Assembly: GCA_038087875.1 (NCBI GenBank) | Contig: JAXLNO010000239.1 | Coordinates: 124,001-188,000, forward strand | Reading direction: 5' to 3' | Source: Malacoraja senta | Taxonomy: Eukaryota | Length of the DNA: 64,000 bases | Notes under the pieces: model-generated | Database searches by the model: none | Seen by the model: the letters and a program-made list of their open reading frames with translations, nothing else | Told to the model about the DNA's origin: nothing | Part shown: positions 37,262 through 50,244 of the stretch, piece after piece | How the letters are laid out: every line of letters begins with the position of its first letter | Numbering within the stretch: the first letter of the stretch is position 1 | Position numbers and translations under genes: made by a program

Positions 37262-38598
37262 TACTACCTCCTGCACCCATGCAGAACTCATGGAGTTCAT
37301 CAACTTCACCACCAATTTTCATCCTGCACTCAAATTTACTTGGACCTTCTCCGACACTCCCTTCCCCTTTCTTGGTCTCACAGTCTCCATCACAGGAAAT
37401 AGACTATTAATTGATGTCTATTACAAACCCACTGACTACCACAACTATCTTGACTACACTTCTTCGCACCATGGTTCCTGCAAAAACTCTATCTCCTACT
37501 CCCAATTCCTCTGTCTACGCCACATCTGCGCCCAAGATGAGGTGTTCCTTACTAGAACATCCAAGAAGTCCTCATTCTTTAGGGAAAGGGGTTCCCCTGT
37601 CCCATCATAGATGAGGCCTTCACTCGTGTCTCCTTGGTACCCCGCAGCTCTGCCCTTGCTCCCCCTCTTCCTACAAGACAGAGTACCCCTAGTCCTTACC
37701 TTCCACTCCATTAGCCATCGCATACAATACATAATTTTCCAAAATTTCCGCCACCTCCAACGGGATCCCACCACTAGCTACATTTTCCCATCTCCACCCC
37801 TTCCCACCTTCCGCAGCGATCGCTCCCTCCACAACTCCCTGGTTAACTCATCCCTTCCCGCCCAAACAACCCCCTCCCCAGGCAATCGCAGAAGATGCAA
37901 CACCTGTCCCTATACCTACTCCCTCGACTCTGTCCAGGGATCCCGACAGTCCTTTCAGGTTAGGCAGAGGTTCACTTGCACCTCCTCCAACCTCATCTAC
38001 TTTATACGTTGTTCAAGATGTGGACTCTTATACATCGGCGAGACCAAACGCAGACTGGGCGATCGGTTCACGGAACACCTTCGCTCAGCCTGCGTGAACC
38101 AACATGTTCTCCTGGTTACTGAACACTTTGTTTCTCTTTCCCATTCCTACACAGACCTTTCTGTCCTCGGTCTCCTCCATTGTCAGAGTGAGGCTAAATG
38201 CAAATTGAAGGATCAACATCACATATTTCGCTTGGGCAGCTTACAGCCCAATGGTATGAATTTTGATTTCTCTCACTTCAGGTAGCCCCAGCATTTCCTC
38301 TCTCTCTATCCCTCCCCCACCCAAGTCACACTAGCTTCTCATTTTCACCCTACAAACAACTTAGGGTGTTTCCTTTATCATCGTTACTTTTTTGCATATC
38401 TTTCATTCATTGTTGTTTATCTCTCCACATCACCGTCTATATCTCTTGTTTCCCTTATCCCTAACCAGTCTGAAGAAGGGTCTTGACCTGAAACGTCATC
38501 CATTCCTTCTCTCCAGAGATGCTGCCTGTCCCACTGAGTTACTCCAGCTTTTTGTGTCTATCTTTGGTTTAAACCAGCATCTGCAGTTCCTTCTTACA
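37262..38598 (+). mobile_element. Penelope-like retroelement, 5'-truncated (RT C-terminus, GIY-YIG endonuclease, 3' terminal repeat)
   Basis: FHPALKFT...PFL...DVYYKPTDYHNYLDYTSSH, then CNTC...FTCTSSNLIYFIRCSRCGLLYIGETKRRLGDRFTEH. Confidence 0.93.
38468..38499 (+). ncRNA. Minimal type I hammerhead-like core in the Penelope 3' repeat
   Basis: CUGAAGA-A-[GGGU CUUG ACCU]-GAAA-CG-UC; helix III is reduced to CG and helix I is at most 1-2 bp by eye. Confidence 0.55.
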
Positions 38599-39564
38599 TA
38601 TTGTTTGTTGTAGTTGGGCGAGCACTCATGAAGGCAGCCTGTTCCTGTATTTACCTGTGGTAAGGGTTGTTTTCATATATTTGGTTTCATTCATTGTGAC
38701 TGGAAGCTTGTAGATAGATCGATAGATAGATTCCTTTATAGATAGATAGATACATTATTTCAATGCCATATTCAAATAGAACTTTGGCCAGAAACCAGAC
38801 ATGAAACCTCATTACTGACAGATCATAAACTACAGCATTATTGCATGAAAGCCTTCAGTATTTATCTGCAGAACCATGCAGCCAGTGCGTTTAATGCTCT
38901 CTTGTGATCATAAGTGATGTTAATGATCCTTTTCTAAAGGGTAATGGTCAACAGTCATGATGATGTCTTGAGAAGACCTGTCTTGACTTTCACTGGCAGC
39001 CAATGGCCTCTGATGGACACTAGAGAATTGGGTTGAGGGGGAAAAATAGCTCAGCCATGAATGGCAGAGCAGACTCGATGGGCCGAATGTCCTCATTCTG
39101 CTCCCATGCCTTATGATCTTCTGACCTAATATAGTACTGAGCTGGGTACTTAGAATTTCCAACAATTAGACAGGCTTGGCAATGTAGTGCAGGAGATTGT
39201 TTAATTGTTTGGATGCACAAGTTGGTGAAATGGAATCCTCAACTAAATCTTACCCTGAACCCTCAGTCAGAGAAAAAAACATTGCTGTTTACTTCCATCT
39301 TACTTTTCCACATTCTTCTGCTGTGGCAGATAAGCTTGCAAAGCATGAACAGAGCTTGTGACTCTCTGGTAATTGCAATAGGGTTCTCCCAGCTTCATCT
39401 GAGCCCAGGAATCATATCTTCAGGTCACCATTCCCACTCTCCTTTCACTCATAGTCAACCCGTGATTCTAATTCTGATGATTAGGACAGGGAGTACAGTT
39501 TGGGGTGAAATGCAAAGGATGGAGGGAATAGCTCTTATCCCACATGATCCAGCTGATTGTCGTA

Positions 39565-39878
39565 GTTTAGAGATACAACGTGGAAACAGGCACTTCAGTC
39601 CACCGACTCCGCACCGTCCAGCAACCCTTGCACATTTATACTATCTTACAGTACACACACTACGGACAATTTACACTTACACCAAGCCAATTTTCCTACA
39701 TACCTGTACATCTTTGGAGTGTGGGAGGAAACCAAAGATCTTGGAGAAAACACACGCCGTCATGGGGAGAACGTACAGACTCCATACAGACAGCGCCCAT
39801 AGTTGGGATCGAACCCGGGTCTCCGGTGCTGCATGCGTTGTAATGCAGCAACTCTACCGCTGCGCCATCGTGCCGCCC
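39565..39878 (-). mobile_element. HE1-type SINE
   Basis: Family head, core and tail. Confidence 0.88.
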
Positions 39879-40351
39879 ACTACATGCCCGCTGTAAAACA
39901 AGTGTTGTGGACTGTCGAAAGTTGAAAGAATTGTGTGAAACTCCTGGATACATGCCTTTCACGATCAGGATTTCTGCTGTTTCATGGACTTCCAGACATT
40001 TCGCAGGGTGGACTAAGCACCATGCACATGAATGTTGGCATTCGCTTGTTGAACCTTCAGATAATCCTCAAACTTAGCAAATCACTGTGTCCATGACAAC
40101 TGATGCATCTACATGCGAGAAAAAGTTGACATTCCCTTGGTTAGAGTGCATCACTGACACATCTGGAAGCACGATTTCACAGTAAACAGCAAAATGGAGC
40201 AGAGGTGCCTCTAGCACCTGGAACGATTGATGGTCTGGGATGATCAAGATTCACGAGTCAAAAGTGAAGAATATTTTATTGTCATATGTCCCGAAATGGA
40301 ACAATGACATTTTGACTTGCAGCAGCACAACAGTAGATTGTACTCAGTCGA

Positions 40352-41165
40352 TAGACAATAGACAATAGACAATAGGTGCAGGAGTAGGCCATTCGGCCCT
40401 TCAAGCCAGCACCGCCATTCAACGTGATCATGTCTGATCATCCCCAATCAGTACCCCGTTCCTGTCTTCTCCCCATATCCCCTGATTCCGCTATCTTTAA
40501 GAGCCCTATCTACCTCTCTCTTGAAAGTATCCAGAGTACTGGCCTCCACCGCTCTCTGAGGCATTGAATTCCACAGACTCACAACTCTCTGTGTGAAAAA
40601 GTGTTTCCTCATCTCTGTTCTAAATGGCTTACCCCTTATTCTTAAACTGTGGCCCTGGTTTTGGACTCCCCCAACATCGGGAACATGTTTCCTGCCTCTA
40701 GCGTGTCCAAACCCTGAATAATCTTATATGTTTCAATAAGATCCCCTCTCATCCTAAATTCCAGAGTATTCAAGCCCAGCCGCTCCACTCTCTCAGCATA
40801 TGACAGTCCCGCCATCCCGGGAATTAACCTCGTGAACCTACGCTGCACTCCCTCAATAGCAAGAATGTCCTTCCTCAAATTTGGAGACCAAAACTGCACA
40901 CAATACTCCAGGTGTGGTCTCACTAGGGCCTTGTACAACTGCAGGAGGACCTCTTTGCTCCTATACTCAACTCCTCTTGTTATGAAGGCCAACACGCCAT
41001 TCGCTTTCTTCATTGCCTGCTGTACCTGCATGCTTACTTTCATTGACTGATGAACAAGAAACCCCAGATCCCATTGTACTTCCCCTTTTCCCAACTTGAC
41101 ACAATTTAGATAATAATCTTTCTTCGTGTTTTTGCCACCAAAGTGGATAACCTCATATTTATCCA
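40352..41165 (-). mobile_element. Young CR1 3' portion with (ATTGTCT)n tail
   Basis: ORF 40642-41259 contains VRPHLEYCVQFWSPNLRKDILAIEGVQRRFTRLIPG. Confidence 0.92.
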
Positions 41166-41515
41166 CAATATAATAAAAAACAATAAAAAAGTTCAATAAA
41201 TAAAAAAAACAATGTAGTACAAATTGCAAAACAAAGCCCGAAGTTTTTACTGCAACCAAAGTAGTTTGCAGTTCAGAATTTAGTAGGTGAGAGAGTTAGG
41301 GTGACAATGGCTACTCTTCTGCAGTTAGAACAACCCAGGAATGGCTTAATATTCTACCATCTCACGCAGAGATCTATTTCACTGGTGATGAAGGGAAGGT
41401 CTGGCTCTGGATACGTTACTTTTCAGGAAGATGGAGTTAAGTGTATGCTCCCTGCAGATTCCTGAGGGAATATCACTTCTGGATAAAGATCTTCCTCCTC
41501 CTTCTGCAGGTTTTT

Positions 41516-41715
41516 NNNNNNNNNNNNNNNNNNNNNNNNNNNNNNNNNNNNNNNNNNNNNNNNNNNNNNNNNNNNNNNNNNNNNNNNNNNNNNNNNNNNN
41601 NNNNNNNNNNNNNNNNNNNNNNNNNNNNNNNNNNNNNNNNNNNNNNNNNNNNNNNNNNNNNNNNNNNNNNNNNNNNNNNNNNNNNNNNNNNNNNNNNNNN
41701 NNNNNNNNNNNNNNN
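41516..41715. other. Assembly gap (200 N)
   Basis: Run of n characters. Confidence 1.
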
Positions 41716-42118
41716 TTCTAAATTCCAGTGAATACAAGCCCAGTCACTCCATTCTTTCATCATATGACAGTCCCGCCATCCCAGGAATTAGCCTGGTGAA
41801 CCTACGCTGCACTCCCTCGATAGCAAGAATGTCCCTTCCTCAAATTAGGAGACCAAAACTGCACACAATACTCCAGGTGTGGACTCACCTGGGCCCTGTA
41901 CGACTGCAGAAGGACCTCTTTGCTCGTATACTCAACTCCTCTCATTATGAAGGCCAACATGCCATTAGCTTTCTTCACTGCCTGCTGTACCTGCATGCTT
42001 ACTTTCAGTGACTGATGTACAAGGACACCCAAGTCTCGTTGTACTCCCCTTTTCTTAACCTGACAACATTCAGATAATAATCTGCTTTCCTGTACTTGCC
42101 ACCAAAGTGGATAACCTC
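41716..42118 (-). mobile_element. CR1 fragment, truncated by the gap
   Basis: LKVSMQVQQAVKKANGMLAFI...PHLEYCVQFWSP. Confidence 0.9.
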
Positions 42119-45100
42119 ACCTATTCCTTTTCTCCAGAGATGCTACCTGACCCGCTGAGTTACTCCAGCCTTTTGTGTCTATCCCTCTCAACCTTTCCTG
42201 AATTCATGTACCTATCCAAATATATTTTCAATGTTTTTATTGTACCTGCTCAACCGCCTTTTCTAGCAGCTTGTTTCATATGCCCACCACCCTCTATTAC
42301 ATCTTCCCCTCTCTCCTTAAGGGGAATCCCTCGGCCTACTACATCTCTGAAGAGATATTAATGACTTGGACTTGGGTGTAGAGGGTGTAATTTGAAAATG
42401 TGCAGACGATACAAAACTGAGCATGAACCATGAGAAAGATGGATTTTATAAAGATTTTGGCAGGCTGATGGAATGGACATTTGCAGATCAATGCTGAGCA
42501 ATGCAAGTTGTTACATTTGGGTGGGAAGATGGGAAGTAACAAAATTTGCTGATGTGCATGATTCTAATAAGGGTACAAGAACAGAGTGATCTGAGGTTAT
42601 ATGACCAGAATAAGTTTTAAAAATGTTTTAAAATACAAGTGCGATACAAGATATAAAAAGAGACTCAGAGACTATGTAATCCTGCATTTCCATCTAATCA
42701 TGCCGATCTGATCTTGAGCCATGTAAAAGGACCCAAATTCCATTCTCCACAATTATAGACCACCTATGGTGTAAATTTCAGCAAACTATAATCAATAGAA
42801 ATGTTCATCGTGTAGCTTAAAAATACCCAGCAGCATAAAACTGATGCCACGATGACCTTAACAACCACTGATTCTACGGTCCTGGCCCTGCTCTGCTGTT
42901 GCGGTTGTGGCTGTGGGATATGGCATATACTTGCCAAGACTTCCTTCATGAAATGCTGTTTCCTAATTCACTGCAGCTCAATGAAGAACCTTTTTGGATA
43001 GTCACTTCTCATAGATCCTTCTGCCTTTCCTCTCCAGAGTCCGAGACCATTGATCAGGGACAAAGGCTTAAGCTTGCCGACACAGGAATTTTAATTCAAG
43101 AAATAAATAAAATGGATTTAACAGTAATTTCAGGAATTATGAATCTGCCAGATTGGTGTAAAAACTCATCTGCTTCACAGATGCTCTTTAAAGAAACATA
43201 CAGTACCTCCCATCCATACCCGGAATGGTCTACCTATGTATTTGCCTTTAGGCTGCACCCACAGTTCAGTTGCAATTAGGCATGAATAATGTATATTAGT
43301 ATTACTAGCAATGTCCTGCGTTTAACTAAATAAACAATATATATAGTTGATTCAAAACATACCTCATTCTATATGATGGTAGACACAAAATGTTGGAGTA
43401 ACTCAGCGGGTCAGGCAGCATCTCTGGGGTGAAGGAATGGGTGACGTTTCGGGTCGAGACTCTTCTTCAGTCTTAACCCAGAAAATCTACGACCACGTCT
43501 TAACCCAGAAAATCTACGACAATGTCCCAACCCAGAAAACTGCTCCCCTCATTCTATATGATGATCTGCTTATCTCCAGACTTGCACGGAGCATGAACAT
43601 CATAAATGTGTTATACCTGTGCATGTGTCTCAGCCAGTCTACTGAAAGCGTTTTACTAACTTACTACTACCACACACAAAGTGGGTCCATGTTGGCTGTC
43701 AGCAAACTAATCTTTTCAGTCTCCCTCCCTCCCACACTTCCTATTTTGCTGTAGTCCTATAGTTTATTCTCTCTCTCATTCCCATAAACTGATCTTTTGC
43801 CGTTTCCCTGCATCAGTGATAATTGCTGGCATGACTTTGGGGCATGGGAGGAAACTGGAAAAACCAGGCAGAAACAGGCAGAGGGAGAACATGCAAACTC
43901 TTCGGCCAGGACCTAATTCAGGTTCCCGCAACTGTGAGGCAGTAGTGTTAACCATTGCAACAATACTGTCCCAAAGTAGTTCAGCATTTACAGCATGGCT
44001 CAGCATTAAATTTGATGGCCCTTCACTTTATTGTTTCTATTTAAGCTCATTCAGTATCAGAAAAGTTAAAGATGGAGATTTTGGAGCTTTGCTGTAGTCC
44101 TAGCTGATTTAAAAAGATTTCCATGTGTTGTCAATCCCAATATTGTAATAATAGGCTGCCTTGTATGAACCTGCAAGCCAGTTGCAGGATGAATTTGCTT
44201 ATGGGAGTAATATTCAAAACATGCATTCATCTCATAAGGACAAGGAATTCTTTTCATACATGCCATTTCCACTTTCTTGTATAACAAACACTACCTTGCA
44301 TATATTTGAAAGATCAAATAAAATATTGACAGAGTGGTGTCGAGGTTCATTTACAAGGAGTAATTCGGCGAAGGCAAAATAATTATTCCCTTAAATTAGT
44401 CGAATACTGTTTAATACTATAAGCTTCAATGATTAAAATCTTGCTGACAGATTAACTTCACGATTCACTTGCAAACAACAGCTGCACAGGAACAGGAAGT
44501 CAGACATCTTTTGTTGATGTGAGACATTAGTCCTATGGATGCAGATGACACATTGAGGCTGCATAAATGCTCAACTTAAATGTGAAAAGGAAAACACGAC
44601 AAGGGAAAACAAAATAACGAGGCAAAACAATTGTGTGAAAAAGCATGGAACTGAGTTGCACCAGAATATCCCTGAACATCTGGCTTTCTCATGCTGCAAG
44701 TTTGTGTTTTGCTGAATGAATCTGTTTATTAATGAAAAATCCATCAATGCAATATAAAAATAGATTCATTCTAAACATTGAATAGAAACAGGTGGTCAAG
44801 TATATTTGTTTAGTCTCTATTATTTTCATTCTTTTGCATTAACATGTCCTGGATATTTCTGAGTCCATTAGATATGGTCTCAAGCTGTTTCCCAAACTCC
44901 TTTCATTACCATCAGTAAGTAGATGGGGAAAATTAACGTGGAGTCTGGGATTTACTTTCAGCACAAACTCTACTACAGATTGGTCAACTTGGGAGACACA
45001 TGTCCCAGGACAGATGTTCTCCTGTCCTAGGGCACGTGCTCACAGATACAAAGCGTACAATGCTCTTTATGCCACTCATCTATATTTCCCCTCCCCCGGA

Positions 45101-45726
45101 GTCTGTGGAGTGGTTGCCAGGTAGTATCCAGCCATGGTTTCACTTAAGATCACTTTATTTGCGACTGGTCAGTGATTCTGGGATAATCTAGTTTTGACCA
45201 GGTTTCAGTGAGGGAGGGAGGGACATAAAGAAGGGTCTCAACTCGAAATGTCACCTATCCGTGTTCTCAAGAGATGTTGCCTGACCTGCTGAGTTACGCC
45301 AGCACTTTGTGTCCTTTGCGACCCTTTACACAGTGACAAATGCTCCTACTCTTCCCCACGCTCACAAAGCCATGTGAAAATTTGCAAGGTTTACAGGTTT
45401 GTATTTTTCCTTATTTTCTTCTCCTTTTCTTTCCATGATTTTGGTGCATTTCAATTTGTTCACTTATTATATTTTTCCTTTTCCATAAGTGAGAGGGAGG
45501 AAAAGAATGAGATGCTGCAGTTATACAAGACGTTGATGATGCTGCATTTGGAGTATTGTGTTCAGTTATGGTCATCGTGCTATAGGAAGGATGTCATTAA
45601 TCTGAAAGGAATGCAGAGCAGATTCACAAGGATATTGTCAGGACTCGAGGTCTGAGCTACGGCGAAAGATTGTGCAAGCTAGGACTTTACACTTTGGAAC
45701 ACATGAGGCTGGGGCGATATTATAAA

Positions 45727-46618
45727 GTCAAGTCAAGTCACTTTTATTTCTATAGCACATTTAAAAACAACTCTCGTTGGCCAAAGTGCTTTACATTGGT
45801 GGAGGTACTAACGTTATACAACATTGGTTCATAGATTAAGTACATACATAAAATACATATATATATAGCCCTCCCTCAGAGGACGTCAAGAAAGGCTTGA
45901 GAGTAAAGATGAGTTTTAAGTCTCGACTTAAAGGAGTCGATGGAGGGGGCAGTTCTGATGGGAAGTGGGATGCTGTTCCACAGTCTAGGAGCTGCAACCG
46001 CAAAGGCGCGGTCGCCCCTGAGCTTATGCCTAGACCGCGGGATGTTCAGTAACCCCAAGTCGGCCGATCTGAGGGACCTGGAGGTGGTGTGGTGGGTAAG
46101 CAGACTTTTGATGTAGGTGGGGGCGAGCCCATTGAGGGCTTTGTAGACATAAAGAAGTATCTTGAAATATATTCAGAACCGCACAGGGAGCCAGTGGAGA
46201 GAGGCCAGAATCGGGGTGATGTGGTCCCTTTTTCGGGTGCCTGTCAGGAATCTCGCTGCGGCATTTTGGACCAGTTGCAGGCGGGACAGGGAAGATTGGC
46301 TGATGCCAGTGTAAAGGGAGTTGCAGTAATCGAGGCGGGAGGAGATAAATGTGTGGATGATCGTTTCGAGGTCATCAAACTGGAGGAATTGTTTTATTTT
46401 AGCTATCGTCCAAAGCTGGAAGAAGCTAGCTTTTACCACGGCATTGACTTGTTTGTCAAATTTCAATGCTGAGTCAAATATCACGCCAAGGTTTTTGACG
46501 TGAGGTTTGAGTAATGGGGTAACGCTTCCAAGGCTGCCTTGTGTAATGGGGTAAGGCTTCCAAGGCTTCCAAGGCTGCCTTGTGTAATGGGGTAAGGCTT
46601 CCAAGGCTTCCAAGGCTA
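45727..46618 (-). mobile_element. L2-clade LINE 3' portion inserted into a CR1 (CR1 spans ~45505-46890, +)
   Basis: HVKNLGVIFDSAL...SRLDYCNSL...LQLVQNAAAR...DHITPILASLHWLPV...GDRAFAVAAPRLWNSIP...FKSRLKTHL; (TTGAC)n tail; short ATAAAG duplication. Confidence 0.92.
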
Positions 46619-46974
46619 CATAAAGGTGTATAAAATCATGAGAATAATAGATAGAGTGAACAGACAGAATCTTTACCCAGAGTATGGGAATCAAGAACCA
46701 AAGGACATAGGTTTTACGTGAGAGGGGCAAGATTTAATACAAACCTGAGGGCAACTTTTTTACTCAGAGAGTGGTGGGTACATGGAATGAGGTGCCAGAG
46801 GAGTTAGTTGAGGGAGGTACTATAAAGCATTTAAAAGTCACTTGGACTGGTATGTGCATTGGATAGGTTTAGACGGATATGGGTCAAACGTGGCCCAAAG
46901 TGAAAATATAGGTTCCAATTAACTCATGGTGTATCTACACCTTTCTTATCCTAGTGAATAAAACATGTAGACCA

Positions 46975-47960
46975 GTACAGCACAGGAAATGGCCCTGCGG
47001 CCCACAATGTCCGTGCTAAAACATGATGCCAAGTTAAATTAATCTCTTCAGCCTGCACATGATCCATATCCCTCCACTCCATACCAATGTGCCTTTCATA
47101 AGACTCATGTACCATTAAAGTATCTATCTCCACCACCACTGCTAGCAATGCATTCCAGGCATCCACCACTTTCTGTGTAGAAAACATGCCCGCACCTTGT
47201 CCCTCTCACCTTAAAGCTTATCCATCTAGTCTTTGACATTTCCACCCTGGGAAAAAGCTTCTGACTCTTTATGCCTCTCATAATTTTATATGGTTCTATC
47301 AGGCCTCCCTTCAACCGTCGATGCTTCAGTGAAAACTATCTAAGTTTGTCCAACTTCAGCATACAGCTAATCCAGACAGCATTTTGGTAAACCTCTCTCT
47401 ACTCTCTCCAAAGCCTCCACTATCTTCCTGTAAATGGGTGACCATAAATGCACACAATACTCCAAATGCACACAAACCAAAGTCCTATGAATCTCCAATA
47501 TGACTTCCTACTATTGTATACAACGTCCCAAACAATGAAGAGAAGCATACCATACTTCTTCTTTCCCACTCTATCTACTTGTGTTGCCACTTTCAGGAAG
47601 CTGTGGACTTGGAGCCTAAGATCCCTATGTATGTCAATGTTGTTAAGGGACTTGCCGTTAACTATATACTTTCCCCTTTACATTCAACTTCGCAAAGTGC
47701 AACCTCTCACACTTGCTTGAATTAAACTCCATCTGTCCTTTCTTTGCCCATTTATGCAACTGAACTACATGCCACTCTATCTTCCTCACTGTCCACAACC
47801 CCATCAATTTTGTGTTGCCTGCAAACTTACTATAAAATTCCATCTACATTTATGGCCAGGTCGTAAATATATCTCATATGCAACAGATCTCTCCACACAG
47901 ATCCTTGCAGAATTCCACGAGTCACAGACCTCCACCACAACCCTCTGGTTTCTATGAGTA
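46975..47960 (-). mobile_element. Decayed CR1 LINE
   Basis: SKFAGNTK, QMEFNSSKC and GGLIEPYKIMRG remnants plus CR1 3' UTR. Confidence 0.8.
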
Positions 47961-48939
47961 AGCGATTTTTGATTTGGGTCAGGACTCCTTCTTCAGACTG
48001 ATCAGACTGATCAGTCTGAAGAAGGGACCCAACCAGAAATGTCTCTCATCCATGTTCTACTGAGATGCTGCTTGAGCTGTTGAGTTATTCCAGCACTTTG
48101 TGTCCTTTTACCAGTTAGATCATCAGTTTCCCCAGTGTGCAAGCCCACTGCAGCTGATATTCCTGGGCAGTCTCCCACTACACACTACCCATGCCTGACC
48201 CTGCAAACTGGGTGCTCGGAGGAAGCACTGCAGTGATCCATTGCTACTCATGTGCATGTCACAAATGGAACATGTCTATGCAAATGTGAGGACGGATTAG
48301 TGACCTGTTTTGAAACTGGAACTAACTTGTTTTAAATCCTTATTTCCCACTTTGTTTTATTCAGAGAGGATCTGAGAGCTCCTGTGCTCCTACTTCATCA
48401 TGCAAACATACGTGAACATATACATTGACCTTTTGGACCTGAAAGAGGATGTGTGCAGGGAACACAAACAGAAGCCAGAAACAAGTGAAAGTGTGGGGGA
48501 AGGGAGATTATCAAAAGGGAAAGAAATGCGAAGGGATCAAGTGTGGGACTGAACATGCTCTGGGATTGCTGCAGAGCTAGCAACAGGACCTCTCCCTCAA
48601 AGGCACTGTTTTCCCAGTCGCCACTTCCCCAAAGTCACCTCTTGGCCAACCTTGCAACCGTAAGCCCCAATATAGCAATTTTGCCTGAGGCCTCTTCATG
48701 CCCAGCTAGCATCTCCCCCTCATCCTGGACATGGATCATAAGCGATTGTCCCACGGAAGGCTGAGGCTCACCCATACCTTCTAATACTAACCAACTAACT
48801 GATCCCATCAACCAACTTCTCTTATTTAACAGCAGCATCGGCAACAGCCAATGTTCGGTAATGTTTTGACAATACTGCAGGTCAGTCTGGCAGAGCTTCC
48901 AAAACCTCAATGATTTCGCTGGGAATTCCCAACCTATGA

Positions 48940-49252
48940 CTTTAGACTTTAGACTTTAGAGATACAGCTTGGAAAAAAGGCTCTTTGGCCCACCGGGTCC
49001 ACGCCGACTAGCTATCATTCCGTACACTAGCACTATCCTACACTTTAGGGACAATTTAGAATTTTTACCAAAGCCAATTAACCTACAGACCCACAAATCT
49101 TTAGAGTGTGGGAGGAAAGCAGAGTACCCGGAGAAAACCCATGCGGTCACAGGGAAAACTTGCAAACTCCATACAGATAGCGCCCTTGGTCAGGATTGAA
49201 CCCAGGTCTCTGGCGCTGTAAGGCAGCAACTCTACCGCTGCGCCATCGTGCC
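48940..49252 (-). mobile_element. HE1-type SINE
   Basis: Family head and core with (GACTTTA)n tail on +. Confidence 0.88.
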
Positions 49253-50244
49253 ACTATACTGCAGCTATAGTTTAAAAAGCATTTGTATTATTCCGGATAA
49301 CAGAGCTATCCCATTCCCCCCACAATAAAATGAATCCTATCACTCACCTACACTACGAACAATTTAGAATGTCCTAATAACCGATCAACCTGCACGTTTT
49401 TGAGATGTGGGATGAAAACTGAGAGCCCAGAGAAACCCACATGGTCATATGAAGAACGTGCAAACTCCACATTGAATGTACCAGAGGTTAAGAATTATCC
49501 CTGTTCACTGGAACAGTGAGGAAGCAGCTCTACCAGATTCTCCCTCCCCATTAGTACATCCTGACCTGCCGGGCATGTCTTGCAGCTCTGTACTTTGCAA
49601 CACTTTCGGTGTTCTCATTCTCTAACTACCTTCATTAATCCATCCACCAGTTGACACCATCTGTGTCTTTTCCAGGGGTTGCCCTCACCTTTTCAGCAAT
49701 ATTCTCTTTGTCCCTTTGTCCATCCTTCACTGCAACTCGATACAAACTTATTTCCCCATCTTTCCCAATTGTGACAAAGGGCCACTAGCTTGGAATGTTA
49801 ACACTGATTCACTTTCCACAGATGATGCCTGACCCGCTGAGACTTTCCAATATTTTCCCTCTATATTTTGGATTTTTAATTTTCATTATTGGTCTCCTTC
49901 CTATGCCCCTGAAACTTGTGGGGTCTACTCAGCTGATTCATAAGGTCATACGGTCATATGGTCATAGGAATAGTAGAATTAGGCCATTCTGCCCATCAAG
50001 TCTTCTACAGCATTCAATCATGGCTGATCTATCTCTCCCTCTTAACCTCATTCTCCTGCCTTCTCCCCATAACCTCTGACACCTGTACTAATACAGAATC
50101 TATCAATCTCTACCTTAAAAATATCCACTGACTTGGCCTCTACAGCCTTCTGTGGGAAATAATTCCACAGATTCACCACCCTCTGACAAAATAAATTTAT
50201 CCTCATCTCTTTCTTAAAGGAACGTCCTTTAATGCTAATGCTAG

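Noticed and set aside
39213..39896. 227-aa ORF
   Set aside because: The 3' half is an antisense HE1 SINE and the rest has no recognisable domain; likely a chance ORF
41423..41763. ORFs containing runs of X
   Set aside because: Artefacts of the 200-N gap
40640..42118. Similar CR1 segments on both sides of the gap as an assembly duplication
   Set aside because: The two copies differ at many positions and have different flanks, consistent with independent insertions
43470..43545. Short direct repeats resembling a CRISPR array
   Set aside because: Eukaryotic context, no unique spacers and no cas genes; a simple tandem duplication
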